Shown piece by piece: positions 25,636 to 33,000 of a stretch of 52,700 nucleotides of DNA. A program made the translations under genes and the position numbers. A model generated the notes under the pieces. That model was not told the DNA's origin. It did not search any database and saw nothing but the letters and a program-made list of their open reading frames with translations. The stretch lies in assembly GCA_045536865.1 (NCBI GenBank), contig JAZSOK010000089.1:1-52700 (forward strand), written 5' to 3'. Every line of letters starts with the position of its first letter. The first letter of the stretch is position 1. Origin of the DNA: Eubacteriales bacterium (lineage in GTDB: Bacteria > Bacillota > Clostridia > Oscillospirales > CAG-272).

Positions 25636-27162
25636 TCACAAATGATTTAAAAATTCAGTTTCTGCATGTAAGCAAGACACAAATTTTTCGGTGTATTTTT
25701 CAAATCCTTCTACGGTTTCCTTGCTCGGTTGACACGTTGTCGCTTTTACGTCGGCAAAAACATCATGATCGAGATAATCCTCAAGATTTTTCTCGCTATT
25801 ATCTAAATAGGAAGCCAAGAGAGCCATGCCATACGGTCCGCCTTCCCCCGATGCCTCCAAAACCTTGACAGTCGTGTTCAGTGCGGCACAAAGATATTCT
25901 TGCGCCACGCCTTTTGTTTTGAACAGTCCGCCGTGACCGACAATGGAATCGATTTTAAAATGTTCCTTTTCGAGAATTTTCATCCCGAGTTTTAGGGTAA
26001 CGAACGTGGAATAAATTTGGCTTCTCATGAAGTTGGCAAGAGTAAATTTAGCATCCGGCAAGCGCACAACAAACGGGCGACCGCCGTCAAAGTGGGTTAC
26101 TCCCTCACCTGCGGAATAGTTTAGCGTGACAACACCGCCGCAATCCTTGTCGCCCAAAAGGCTACACTCGAAAAGTTTGGAGTAAAGGTCGTTTGCGGAA
26201 GGGGTTGCACCAAACGTATTGATGCCTTCCAAGAGCAAGGAAACCCATTCGTTCATATCGTTTGTGCAGTTGTTGCAGTGAACCATGGCAACGGGCTTTC
26301 CCGTAGGCGTTGCCACAACATCGATTTCCTCATAAACTGATTTTAACGGTTTTTCGAGGACGAGCATGGCGAAAATCGAAGTTCCCGCAGACACGTTTCC
26401 CGAACGTTCTTTCACGGAATTGGTAGCCACCATTCCTGTGCCTGCATCGCCCTCGGGGGGCGCAAATCTGGTTCCCGCTTTTAGTGCTCCAAGCAGCAAC
26501 TTTTCCCCATCGGCCGTAAGGGCTCCGGCAATTTGGCCGGCAGGAAGAATTTTTGGTAGAACCTCACGAATATTCCATGCCAAATGGTATTTTTTAACCA
26601 GCCTATCAAACTTGTTAAGCATGGAAGCGTCGTAATCCATGGTGTCGGCATCAATTGGAAAGATGCCGCTCGCTTCCCCAATGCCAACGACATTTTCGCC
26701 CGTTAGGAGATGATGAACGTATCCTGCCAGTGTGGTGATGTGTGCAATGCTATGAATATGTGCTTCGTCATTCAACAAGGCCTGATAAAGATGTGCAATG
26801 CTCCAACGCTGCGGTACGTTAAAGCCAAACTCCTCGGTAAGTCTTTTGGCAGACTCGGCAGTGATTGTGTTTTGCCATGTCCTGAACGGAACGAGCAGGT
26901 TCCAATCTTTGTCAAAGGGAAGGTATCCGTGCATCATTCCCGAAATGCCAACGGCGGCTATCGGTTGATCAAAGTCTTTTAACGCTTTTTTCAGAGTTTC
27001 TTTTAGACCTGTGATTGCTTCGTCAAGTGAATAAGACCATATGCCATTGGTATATTCGCTTTTCCAAGTATAATCACCGGAGGCGACAATTTTATAACTT
27101 TCATCAGTTACTACACATTTTATTCTTGTAGAGCCGAATTCTATCCCCAAGTAATTTTTCAT
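25636..27162 (-). CDS. FGGY-family carbohydrate kinase (xylulokinase/ribulokinase-like)
   Basis: 508 aa with the N-terminal actin-fold motif GIEFGSTRIKCV and C-terminal VGHGGLFKT. Sugar specificity is not inferable. Confidence 0.8.
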   Translation of the reverse strand: MKNYLGIEFGSTRIKCVVTDESYKIVASGDYTWKSEYTNGIWSYSLDEAITGLKETLKKALKDFDQPIAAVGISGMMHGYLPFDKDWNLLVPFRTWQNTITAESAKRLTEEFGFNVPQRWSIAHLYQALLNDEAHIHSIAHITTLAGYVHHLLTGENVVGIGEASGIFPIDADTMDYDASMLNKFDRLVKKYHLAWNIREVLPKILPAGQIAGALTADGEKLLLGALKAGTRFAPPEGDAGTGMVATNSVKERSGNVSAGTSIFAMLVLEKPLKSVYEEIDVVATPTGKPVAMVHCNNCTNDMNEWVSLLLEGINTFGATPSANDLYSKLFECSLLGDKDCGGVVTLNYSAGEGVTHFDGGRPFVVRLPDAKFTLANFMRSQIYSTFVTLKLGMKILEKEHFKIDSIVGHGGLFKTKGVAQEYLCAALNTTVKVLEASGEGGPYGMALLASYLDNSEKNLEDYLDHDVFADVKATTCQPSKETVEGFEKYTEKFVSCLHAETEFLNHL

Positions 27163-27195
27163 ACGTTCTCCTTACAAAATACGAATGCTTCTCCT

Positions 27196-27254
27196 TTTAT
27201 ATCACAAGTAAAATGCTTGCAAGGACATTATAACATAAAATTCAGCATCTGTAA
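27196..27254 (-). promoter_or_regulatory. promoter plus conserved leader cassette upstream of the FGGY kinase
   Basis: On the minus strand: TTACAG (27249-27254), 16-nt spacer, TG-extended TATAAT (27227-27232). This is followed by GTCCTTGCAAGCATTTTACTTGTGATATAAA, which contains a second TGaTATAAA. Confidence 0.6.
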
Positions 27255-27265
27255 AGTGATGCCGC
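27206..27265. repeat. 60-bp perfect direct repeat, copy 1
   Basis: AAGTAAAATGCTTGCAAGGACATTATAACATAAAATTCAGCATCTGTAAAGTGATGCCGC is identical base for base to 32941-33000 (offset 5,735 bp). Confidence 0.95.
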
Positions 27266-27313
27266 TCGTTAGGGTCAAGGAAAAATCAATAAAGAAATCA
27301 TACTCTGCACGAT

Positions 27314-27407
27314 GGAATCCACCCATTCGCGCCGAGCGGATTTCACTGCCCGAAGGGCAATTTCATCGCCACAGGCGGTTTTACCCACCCGTAAGGGTGA
27401 ATTTAAC
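27314..27407. repeat. word + mini-hairpin array E (ATTTCA[CT]-type words)
   Basis: Elements are GAATccacccATTC, CGCgccgaGCG, GATTTCAC-TGCCCgaaGGGCA, ATTTCAT-CGCCacaGGCG, GTTTTAC-CACCCgtaaGGGTG and AATTTAAC. Confidence 0.65.
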
Positions 27408-27503
27408 AGAAAAAAAGCACTTGCTTTAGGGTCGTGCCCTAAAGGACAGTTTTGCAAGAATACGGTATATCTCGAAAGAGGTATGCCGTGTTCTTGTTTT
27501 TGT

Positions 27504-28049
27504 TTAAGCGCTTTTGGCACTTTGGATTTCTCGCATCATTTCAATAAGTTCCTTTTCACCGGGGATATCAATAAGCCCTACCGCGGTAAAGTAAACATCA
27601 AGACGTACTTGCTTTCTTCCGTCGATCTTTTCGCTATTATGCACTTCTATACGCCGAATGAGCCTATTAACAATGGCGGGTGTTAGTTCTTTAATGTCAG
27701 TACATTGGCGAATCGTTTCAAGAAACGCGCGGAGATCCACCTTGTCTTGTTCCATCGTCTTTAAGGATTCTTCAGCTTTTGCTGTTTCTGTAACCAACTG
27801 ATTTTGTTCTGCTTCATAGCTCGCCATCATTTTGGAGAAACGTGCATCGGGGATCTTACCAAGTACGTTATCTTCGTAAATGCGTTCGATCAGTTTATCA
27901 AGCTCCTTTATTCTTCGCTTGTTTCGCTCGATAGTGGCTTTCATATTACGGGAGTTTACCTCTTTCGTAATATTATGCTTCTTGGCGTACATATATCTCT
28001 GCACTAATAATTCCCACGGCGTCGTCCGAGTTGCAAGAGGTAAGCGCAC
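27504..28049 (-). pseudogene. C-terminal remnant (DUF4368-type domain) of a large serine recombinase
   Basis: The 181-aa ORF contains IERIYEDNVLGKIPDARFSKMMASYEAEQ...ELTPAIVNRLIRRIEVHNSEKIDGRKQVRLDVYF. That pattern is typical of the C-terminus of TnpX/TndX-like recombinases. The N-terminal resolvase and recombinase/zinc-ribbon domains (~350 aa or more) are missing, and only ~60 nt separate it from the next gene. Confidence 0.75.
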
Positions 28050-28111
28050 CGATTGAACCGAACAGTAAGAATATTACGCAAATGATTGAACAAAATCTTG
28101 TTTTCATAATT

Positions 28112-28771
28112 TTAAGCCCTTTTTTTCTTGCCCGATATTTTCGTCAGCTCATATCTTTCGTCGCACATATCGGCAACGTCGGGAGAATGGCTGACGAGAA
28201 TAACGCATTTGCCCTGATTTGTAAGCTCACGGAAGATATCCATGATCTCTTTCTGCGTATCACGGTCAAGGTTGCCCGTAGGCTCGTCTGCAAGGATAAT
28301 GTCGGGATCGTAAGAGAGCGCACGAGCGATTGCCACTCTCTGCTGCTGACCGCCCGAGAGCTTCAGCACACGGCGGCATGCCTCATCCTCGTCAAGCCCT
28401 ACGCTATCAAGAAGCTCTAAGGCTTTTTCCTTTTTATCCTTGATTTTTGCGCCCGAAACGTCCATAGAAAGAACAACGTTCTCAAGGGCGGTATATTTTG
28501 TGATCAGATTGAAGCTTTGGAAAACAACACCGATATAACGGGAGCGGAAGGTGTACTTGTCGATCTTGGCAATGCTCTTGCCGTCGTAGATAATGTCACC
28601 TGCGGTGGGCTTTGCCAGTCCCGATAAAAGGGAGAGGAGCGTGGTCTTACCTGCGCCCGATTTGCCGATGATGCAGTACATTTTGCCTTTCTCAAAGTCA
28701 TAGGAAATATCCCGGAGTACGGGCGTTTTATCATAAGAGAAGCTGATATTTTGAAGCGATAATAAAGCCAT
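28112..28771 (-). CDS. ABC transporter ATP-binding protein (MacB/FtsE-LolD type)
   Basis: Walker A GKSGAGKTT, signature LSGGQQQRV and Walker B ILADEPT. ATG 28771 follows AGAGGTG. Confidence 0.92.
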   Translation of the reverse strand: MALLSLQNISFSYDKTPVLRDISYDFEKGKMYCIIGKSGAGKTTLLSLLSGLAKPTAGDIIYDGKSIAKIDKYTFRSRYIGVVFQSFNLITKYTALENVVLSMDVSGAKIKDKKEKALELLDSVGLDEDEACRRVLKLSGGQQQRVAIARALSYDPDIILADEPTGNLDRDTQKEIMDIFRELTNQGKCVILVSHSPDVADMCDERYELTKISGKKKRA

Positions 28772-28789
28772 TTTACACACCTCTTTTCA

Positions 28790-30457
28790 TTAATCTCTGT
28801 TAGCGAGGATCTTGAGTGGATCGTATCGCATAATGAACAGCACCGATGCCGCACTTGCGATCAGCGTGAGTAAGAGACCTACGCCGATCATTTGGAATAC
28901 GACGGTCAGATTCATCGCGCTATCCACCTCGGTAATATAGTCGGCAGCACCGCCGAACATATCGCCAAAGGGATTCTTTCCGCCGCCCATATCGGGTATA
29001 TCGGACGGCATATCCGAAGGCATATTGCCACCGGGGAAGCCACCGCCAAAGTCACCGGGACGACCAAAGTTCTGTTCCATTTGACTTTGCTGATTGCTCT
29101 GACTCTGTGCCTGACCTTCAAGTAAAGCGTTGGTAACGGGAACCGCGCTTACCGCGCCGATGCCTGCGCCGATGATAACGGCAAGCATCGTGACCACGAG
29201 TATCTCGCACATAAACTGTGCGGCAACCTTCCACTTTTTCATACCCATTGCGGTGAGCACTCCAACCTCGTATTTGCGCTCACGCACGTTGAAGATGTTC
29301 AGCACCACAAGGATAATACCGCCGATAATGAGAATGACAAGTAAGAACCAGCCTGCCATCGTGCCGAGAGTATTAAGCGGTGCAAGGCTGCTCTCAAAAG
29401 CGGAAATATCAGAAGAAGATACGGTATAGGACTCGTCAAGACCGAGGGCGCGAACTTCTTCCTCAAACTTTTCATAAGATTCAACGTCGGCAAAGGAGTA
29501 GGTTGCGGAAAGCGTACCCTCGATCTTTGTTTCTGTTTCTCTGCCGTAATCGTCGGTCGTGGTCGTGGAATTTTCCTCGGACAGATCAAGCACCGCCTGC
29601 AAAGCGTCGGCACTCATATAAATTCTGTTAGCAGGGTCTTGGCTTGCGCCGAACATTGACATAGAGAAATCGTTATTCTCGTTGCTTGTATAAATGCCGG
29701 AAACCGTGAGCGTGTAGGTTTCGGTGTCAAGATTGGGATTGGTAATGACGATCGTGTCCCCAACCGAAAGGCCGTTATACATAGCAAGCTCCTCGGAGAT
29801 GACACAAACAAGCTCGCTTGTTCCTTCTTCAAACATCGAGCCGTCCACGATAGATGCGTTACCGTTAATGAAAGCGGTCATTGAACTGTCGCTTGAGTAT
29901 CCGATAATGGAGAAATCTCCCGAGGAGAACGCGCCGCCCATCATACCGCCCATACCGTCAGGTCTGCTCGGTCTGTTGCTCTCTTCTCCGTCAAGGCTGC
30001 CGTCAAGCGTTCCGTCGCTATCCTCGGAGTCATCTGCCGTTTCATCGCTGACGGGATTAAAGTTTTCCGAACCGTTAAAATAAGCGGTCAAGGTATAATA
30101 AAAATCCTGCACGCTCTCGGCTTGTGCGTATTTTTGGTATTCTTCAAGCGTGAGGGACGAGCCTTTTCCCATAATATCTCCGAACTGACTCGGATCAAAG
30201 CTACCGCCCATAAATCCGCCGCCACCCATTCCGGGTCTACCGCCTGCCATATTTCCCATCGCACCGGCACGGTCATACGAGATGGTTGCGGTTATACTCA
30301 TTCCGTCAAGCGCACTTTTCTTGGCGCTTTCCGACGCCTGTCTTATCGAAAGACCGATGCAAGCGGATACGGCGATCACGAGCGCGATAATGCCGATCAA
30401 AATGTTTCGACCTTTGGATCTACCAATGCACCGAAGCGCGTTTTTGATAATGTACAT
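28790..30457 (-). CDS. ABC transporter permease, FtsX/MacB type, with Gly/Met/Asp-rich low-complexity inserts
   Basis: ATG 30457 (MYIIKNALRCIGRSKGRN) follows GGAGG; the ORF track starts at 30481. Order of parts: TM1, a large extracytoplasmic domain, the FtsX TM triplet, and a ~75-aa insert between the last two TM helices. Confidence 0.85.
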   Translation of the reverse strand: MYIIKNALRCIGRSKGRNILIGIIALVIAVSACIGLSIRQASESAKKSALDGMSITATISYDRAGAMGNMAGGRPGMGGGGFMGGSFDPSQFGDIMGKGSSLTLEEYQKYAQAESVQDFYYTLTAYFNGSENFNPVSDETADDSEDSDGTLDGSLDGEESNRPSRPDGMGGMMGGAFSSGDFSIIGYSSDSSMTAFINGNASIVDGSMFEEGTSELVCVISEELAMYNGLSVGDTIVITNPNLDTETYTLTVSGIYTSNENNDFSMSMFGASQDPANRIYMSADALQAVLDLSEENSTTTTDDYGRETETKIEGTLSATYSFADVESYEKFEEEVRALGLDESYTVSSSDISAFESSLAPLNTLGTMAGWFLLVILIIGGIILVVLNIFNVRERKYEVGVLTAMGMKKWKVAAQFMCEILVVTMLAVIIGAGIGAVSAVPVTNALLEGQAQSQSNQQSQMEQNFGRPGDFGGGFPGGNMPSDMPSDIPDMGGGKNPFGDMFGGAADYITEVDSAMNLTVVFQMIGVGLLLTLIASAASVLFIMRYDPLKILANRD

Positions 30458-30596
30458 GGATAAATTCCTCCGTTTTCCCATTGTTTTCTGTATTGTACCA
30501 TACCGCGCTAAAGACAGACTAAAGGCGAGCGTGAATATTTTGTGAAGTATATGAAAAAAGCCCTCGAACCTTGTCGGAACGAGAGCTTAAAATCTA

Positions 30597-31118
30597 TCAT
30601 TCTTTGTTTTTTACGATATAATATGTTTCCTGTACTGCTACAATCGTTGCGACAGTACACACAAGTGCAAAGCTATACGTTGGTTTAATAAATTGTAGTG
30701 TTAACGGCAGAAGAAAGAGCAACAATCCCGTAGTTTTGTTCAAAACCGTATGTAAAGCCACGAGTTTCTTTCTGCGAACAAATCCCAGAACAATATTGGT
30801 ACCCTTAATAATTGCTATAACGGCTATCCATGTCCACAGCCAAGTGGAAAGGTTGATCATAGGCAACAGTTTAACTGCGCATACTGCCATAAAAACGAAG
30901 TCAGCAACCATATCAAGTTTTGCTCCAAAATTACTAACCGCACCCGTCTTTCTCGCTATCGTTCCGTCTATCATATCGCTGAAGCCGCAAAGCAAATATG
31001 TAATATAGAATGGGAATGAAGGCACATCAAAGAAGAATAATACAATGCTGCCTATTATGCGCAAACCTGTGATTATATTAGCCAAGTATTTTACCATAGT
31101 CAGCTTTGTCAATGGCAA
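30597..31118 (-). CDS. minimal CDP-alcohol phosphatidyltransferase-family protein
   Basis: 173 aa. DMIDGTIARKTGAVSNFGAKLDMVAD is a perfect D-x2-DG-x2-AR-x8-G-x3-D-x3-D motif. The TTG 31118 start overlaps the NTase stop; an alternative ATG lies at 31097. Confidence 0.85.
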   Translation of the reverse strand: MPLTKLTMVKYLANIITGLRIIGSIVLFFFDVPSFPFYITYLLCGFSDMIDGTIARKTGAVSNFGAKLDMVADFVFMAVCAVKLLPMINLSTWLWTWIAVIAIIKGTNIVLGFVRRKKLVALHTVLNKTTGLLLFLLPLTLQFIKPTYSFALVCTVATIVAVQETYYIVKNKE

Positions 31119-31783
31119 TTTGTTTCGTTACCTTCAGCAATACATTTCTTTGACCAATCAAACAATGCTTCGGACATCAAATTGAAGTCTACCGTTCCGC
31201 CATTTTTCAAGTTCAAGAAGGTGTCGACGATAACTCTTTCATTAGTTGAAACAACATCCCGCAATTCGCTTTGATGTTTTATGTATTTGCCCGTTTGCTT
31301 GAAAGCGATAGCCTGCACAACGAAAGAGGCGTATTTATATAATCCTTTCAAAATAATCTCGCTCTTTTCGTGCAGCATATTGTGAACGCATCCGTGATAG
31401 ATGTTGCAAGCACCGATTTTAATTGCTCTGTTAACAGCAGATTCATCAATCACCGCAAGCAATTCATCAAGTCTGCCTTTTATGGGTGTGGTGTCATAGT
31501 AAAACTGAAAGAGGTCGGAAGGCTCCCAATGGAGAAGCTCGTCCTTTCCCGAAAGAAAACCGCAGATCAGTTCCCTATGAGGTAAAGCATCCAACATTGT
31601 ATTATATTTTTGAATGTCAGAAGCGGATAACTCGTCAAGTATCACGACAATATCAATATCGCTCGTTTCAGTTGCCTCACCGCGACCGTAGCTACCTTGC
31701 AAGCCGACAAACCACACGCGATTTTCAAAAGTATCGTGTAAGGCTTTCAAAAAGCCCTCCATCCAAGTAGTTATTTGTATCAT
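31109..31783 (-). CDS. Pol-beta-superfamily nucleotidyltransferase with a helical C-terminal domain (KNTase/ANT-like architecture)
   Basis: 224 aa. GLQGSYGRGEATETSDIDIVVILD is the G[SG]-x9-13-DxD NTase core. RBS GAGGTGA is present. Confidence 0.8.
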   Translation of the reverse strand: MIQITTWMEGFLKALHDTFENRVWFVGLQGSYGRGEATETSDIDIVVILDELSASDIQKYNTMLDALPHRELICGFLSGKDELLHWEPSDLFQFYYDTTPIKGRLDELLAVIDESAVNRAIKIGACNIYHGCVHNMLHEKSEIILKGLYKYASFVVQAIAFKQTGKYIKHQSELRDVVSTNERVIVDTFLNLKNGGTVDFNLMSEALFDWSKKCIAEGNETNCH

Positions 31784-31804
31784 TTATCTCACCTCGTTAT
31801 TAAC

Positions 31805-32311
31805 TCACTGTGATTCGCCCGAAAATGCTACCTTGTATTTGGGTAATACAACTTTTATAAATATCAATGTGTTGACTAACAAAATAACACCGTAAATAAT
31901 TCGAGCAACGACCTCGGGAACAAGAAGTTTGATGCCGTTCATATCTCCGCCCCCGAAAAATCCGCAAAGAATACTTAAATAAAGCGGATCGATCAGTAGC
32001 ATTGCGATTGTGATATAGTAGGAGCAAGCCTTGACCACTTTAGAGGATAATTTTGCGATCTTTCCTATCAAAGCAATCAAGATATAAGCGCACAGTAAGG
32101 TCGCAATAGAACTTATAAGACAAAACACACCAAGCTGTGTTTGTGTCATCTTTTCAGAATATATATCAATTTGCATTCCCAATCCCTTAAGGTTAATTTG
32201 CTTAAATGCACCGATAGATAGGGCGTATAGCAAATGAGTACCTTCGTGTATCAGATAATATGCAATGACCGCCGAGATCAATCCAACATATTGCCTTACT
32301 CGTTTGTTCAT
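31805..32311 (-). CDS. DUF3267-like integral-membrane putative zinc metallopeptidase
   Basis: 168 aa and 4-5 TM helices, with HEGTH (HExxH) at the end of TM1. RBS GAGGTAA is present. Confidence 0.6.
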   Translation of the reverse strand: MNKRVRQYVGLISAVIAYYLIHEGTHLLYALSIGAFKQINLKGLGMQIDIYSEKMTQTQLGVFCLISSIATLLCAYILIALIGKIAKLSSKVVKACSYYITIAMLLIDPLYLSILCGFFGGGDMNGIKLLVPEVVARIIYGVILLVNTLIFIKVVLPKYKVAFSGESQ

Positions 32312-32337
32312 TCGCTTTACCTCATTAAGTTTGTTTA

Positions 32338-32502
32338 TTATTTATTATTACCTTGTTTAGAAGCCAAAACAATTGAGCCGACAAGCAAAGCAACACCAAG
32401 CGTGAAAAACACGCATCCAATAACGGTATTTAATTGATTAGCAAAAAAGCCAATCATTCCGGCGCCGGTAGCGCAGCAAATTACTTGAAATACCTTTTTC
32501 AT
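32338..32502 (-). CDS. 54-aa two-TM small membrane protein (below the ORF-track cutoff)
   Basis: My translation is MKKVFQVICCATGAGMIGFFANQLNTVIGCVFFTLGVALLVGSIVLASKQGNNK. RBS GGAGGGTG lies 4 nt upstream. Confidence 0.5.
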   Translation of the reverse strand: MKKVFQVICCATGAGMIGFFANQLNTVIGCVFFTLGVALLVGSIVLASKQGNNK

Positions 32503-32513
32503 AAATCACCCTC

Positions 32514-32705
32514 CTATAATTGCCTAATTAAATCAGCCCATTGATCTTTTGAAATTGCAAACACCTTCGTAATTTCATTTTCGTCATCTTTATATTCATC
32601 AACTTGTTTGCAACCATAAGAAATCGCAGTTTTTACTGATGGTTCATTGGTGTACTTCATGTAGGAATAGACTATCTGAAACGGTGTGTTGTATAATAGT
32701 GCCAA
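32514..32705 (-). CDS. hypothetical small acidic protein (start uncertain: TTG 32705 or ATG 32660)
   Basis: 63-aa ORF with no convincing RBS. It overlaps the upstream small ORF in another frame. Confidence 0.35.
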   Translation of the reverse strand: MALLYNTPFQIVYSYMKYTNEPSVKTAISYGCKQVDEYKDDENEITKVFAISKDQWADLIRQL

Positions 32706-32796
32706 GAATTGGCCAAATAGCTTCTAATATAGCAACCACTACTATGAGCAACGCTCCGCCGCCACCATGATTACCTGTTTCTAACCATACCCACAT
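32644..32796 (-). CDS. 50-aa single-TM small protein (below the ORF-track cutoff)
   Basis: My translation is MWVWLETGNHGGGGALLIVVVAILEAIWPILGTIIQHTVSDSLFLHEVHQ. AGGAGG lies 11 nt upstream. Confidence 0.4.
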   Translation of the reverse strand: MWVWLETGNHGGGGALLIVVVAILEAIWPILGTIIQHTVSDSLFLHEVHQ

Positions 32797-32940
32797 AAAT
32801 CATCTATCCTCCTAAACTTCTCAAGAAAGCCTCAATGCTTTTAGAATCAAGTATACACTGTTATACACTGTTGAAACTTTTGTCAACCATTAAAATAGAC
32901 TATCTTCAATATTTTATAGTTCTCTGTTTGAACAAATAAT

Positions 32941-33000
32941 AAGTAAAATGCTTGCAAGGACATTATAACATAAAATTCAGCATCTGTAAAGTGATGCCGC
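32941..33000. repeat. 60-bp perfect direct repeat, copy 2 (includes a promoter facing the small-ORF operon)
   Basis: Identical to 27206-27265. On the minus strand it carries TTACAG (32984-32989), a 16-nt spacer and a TG-extended TATAAT (32962-32967). Confidence 0.95.

Larger units (their letters stand above)
27266..32940. mobile_element. putative inserted segment bounded by the 60-bp direct repeat (degraded integrative element)
   Basis: It is flanked by identical 60-mers and carries a 5'-truncated large serine recombinase. The right third is visibly AT-rich, and a tRNA gene lies immediately outside the right repeat. Confidence 0.4.

Noticed and set aside
27312-27686. A 124-aa plus-strand ORF spanning array E and the recombinase remnant.
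   Set aside because: It runs through the hairpin array and antisense to the recombinase fragment. It has no RBS and no recognisable domain.
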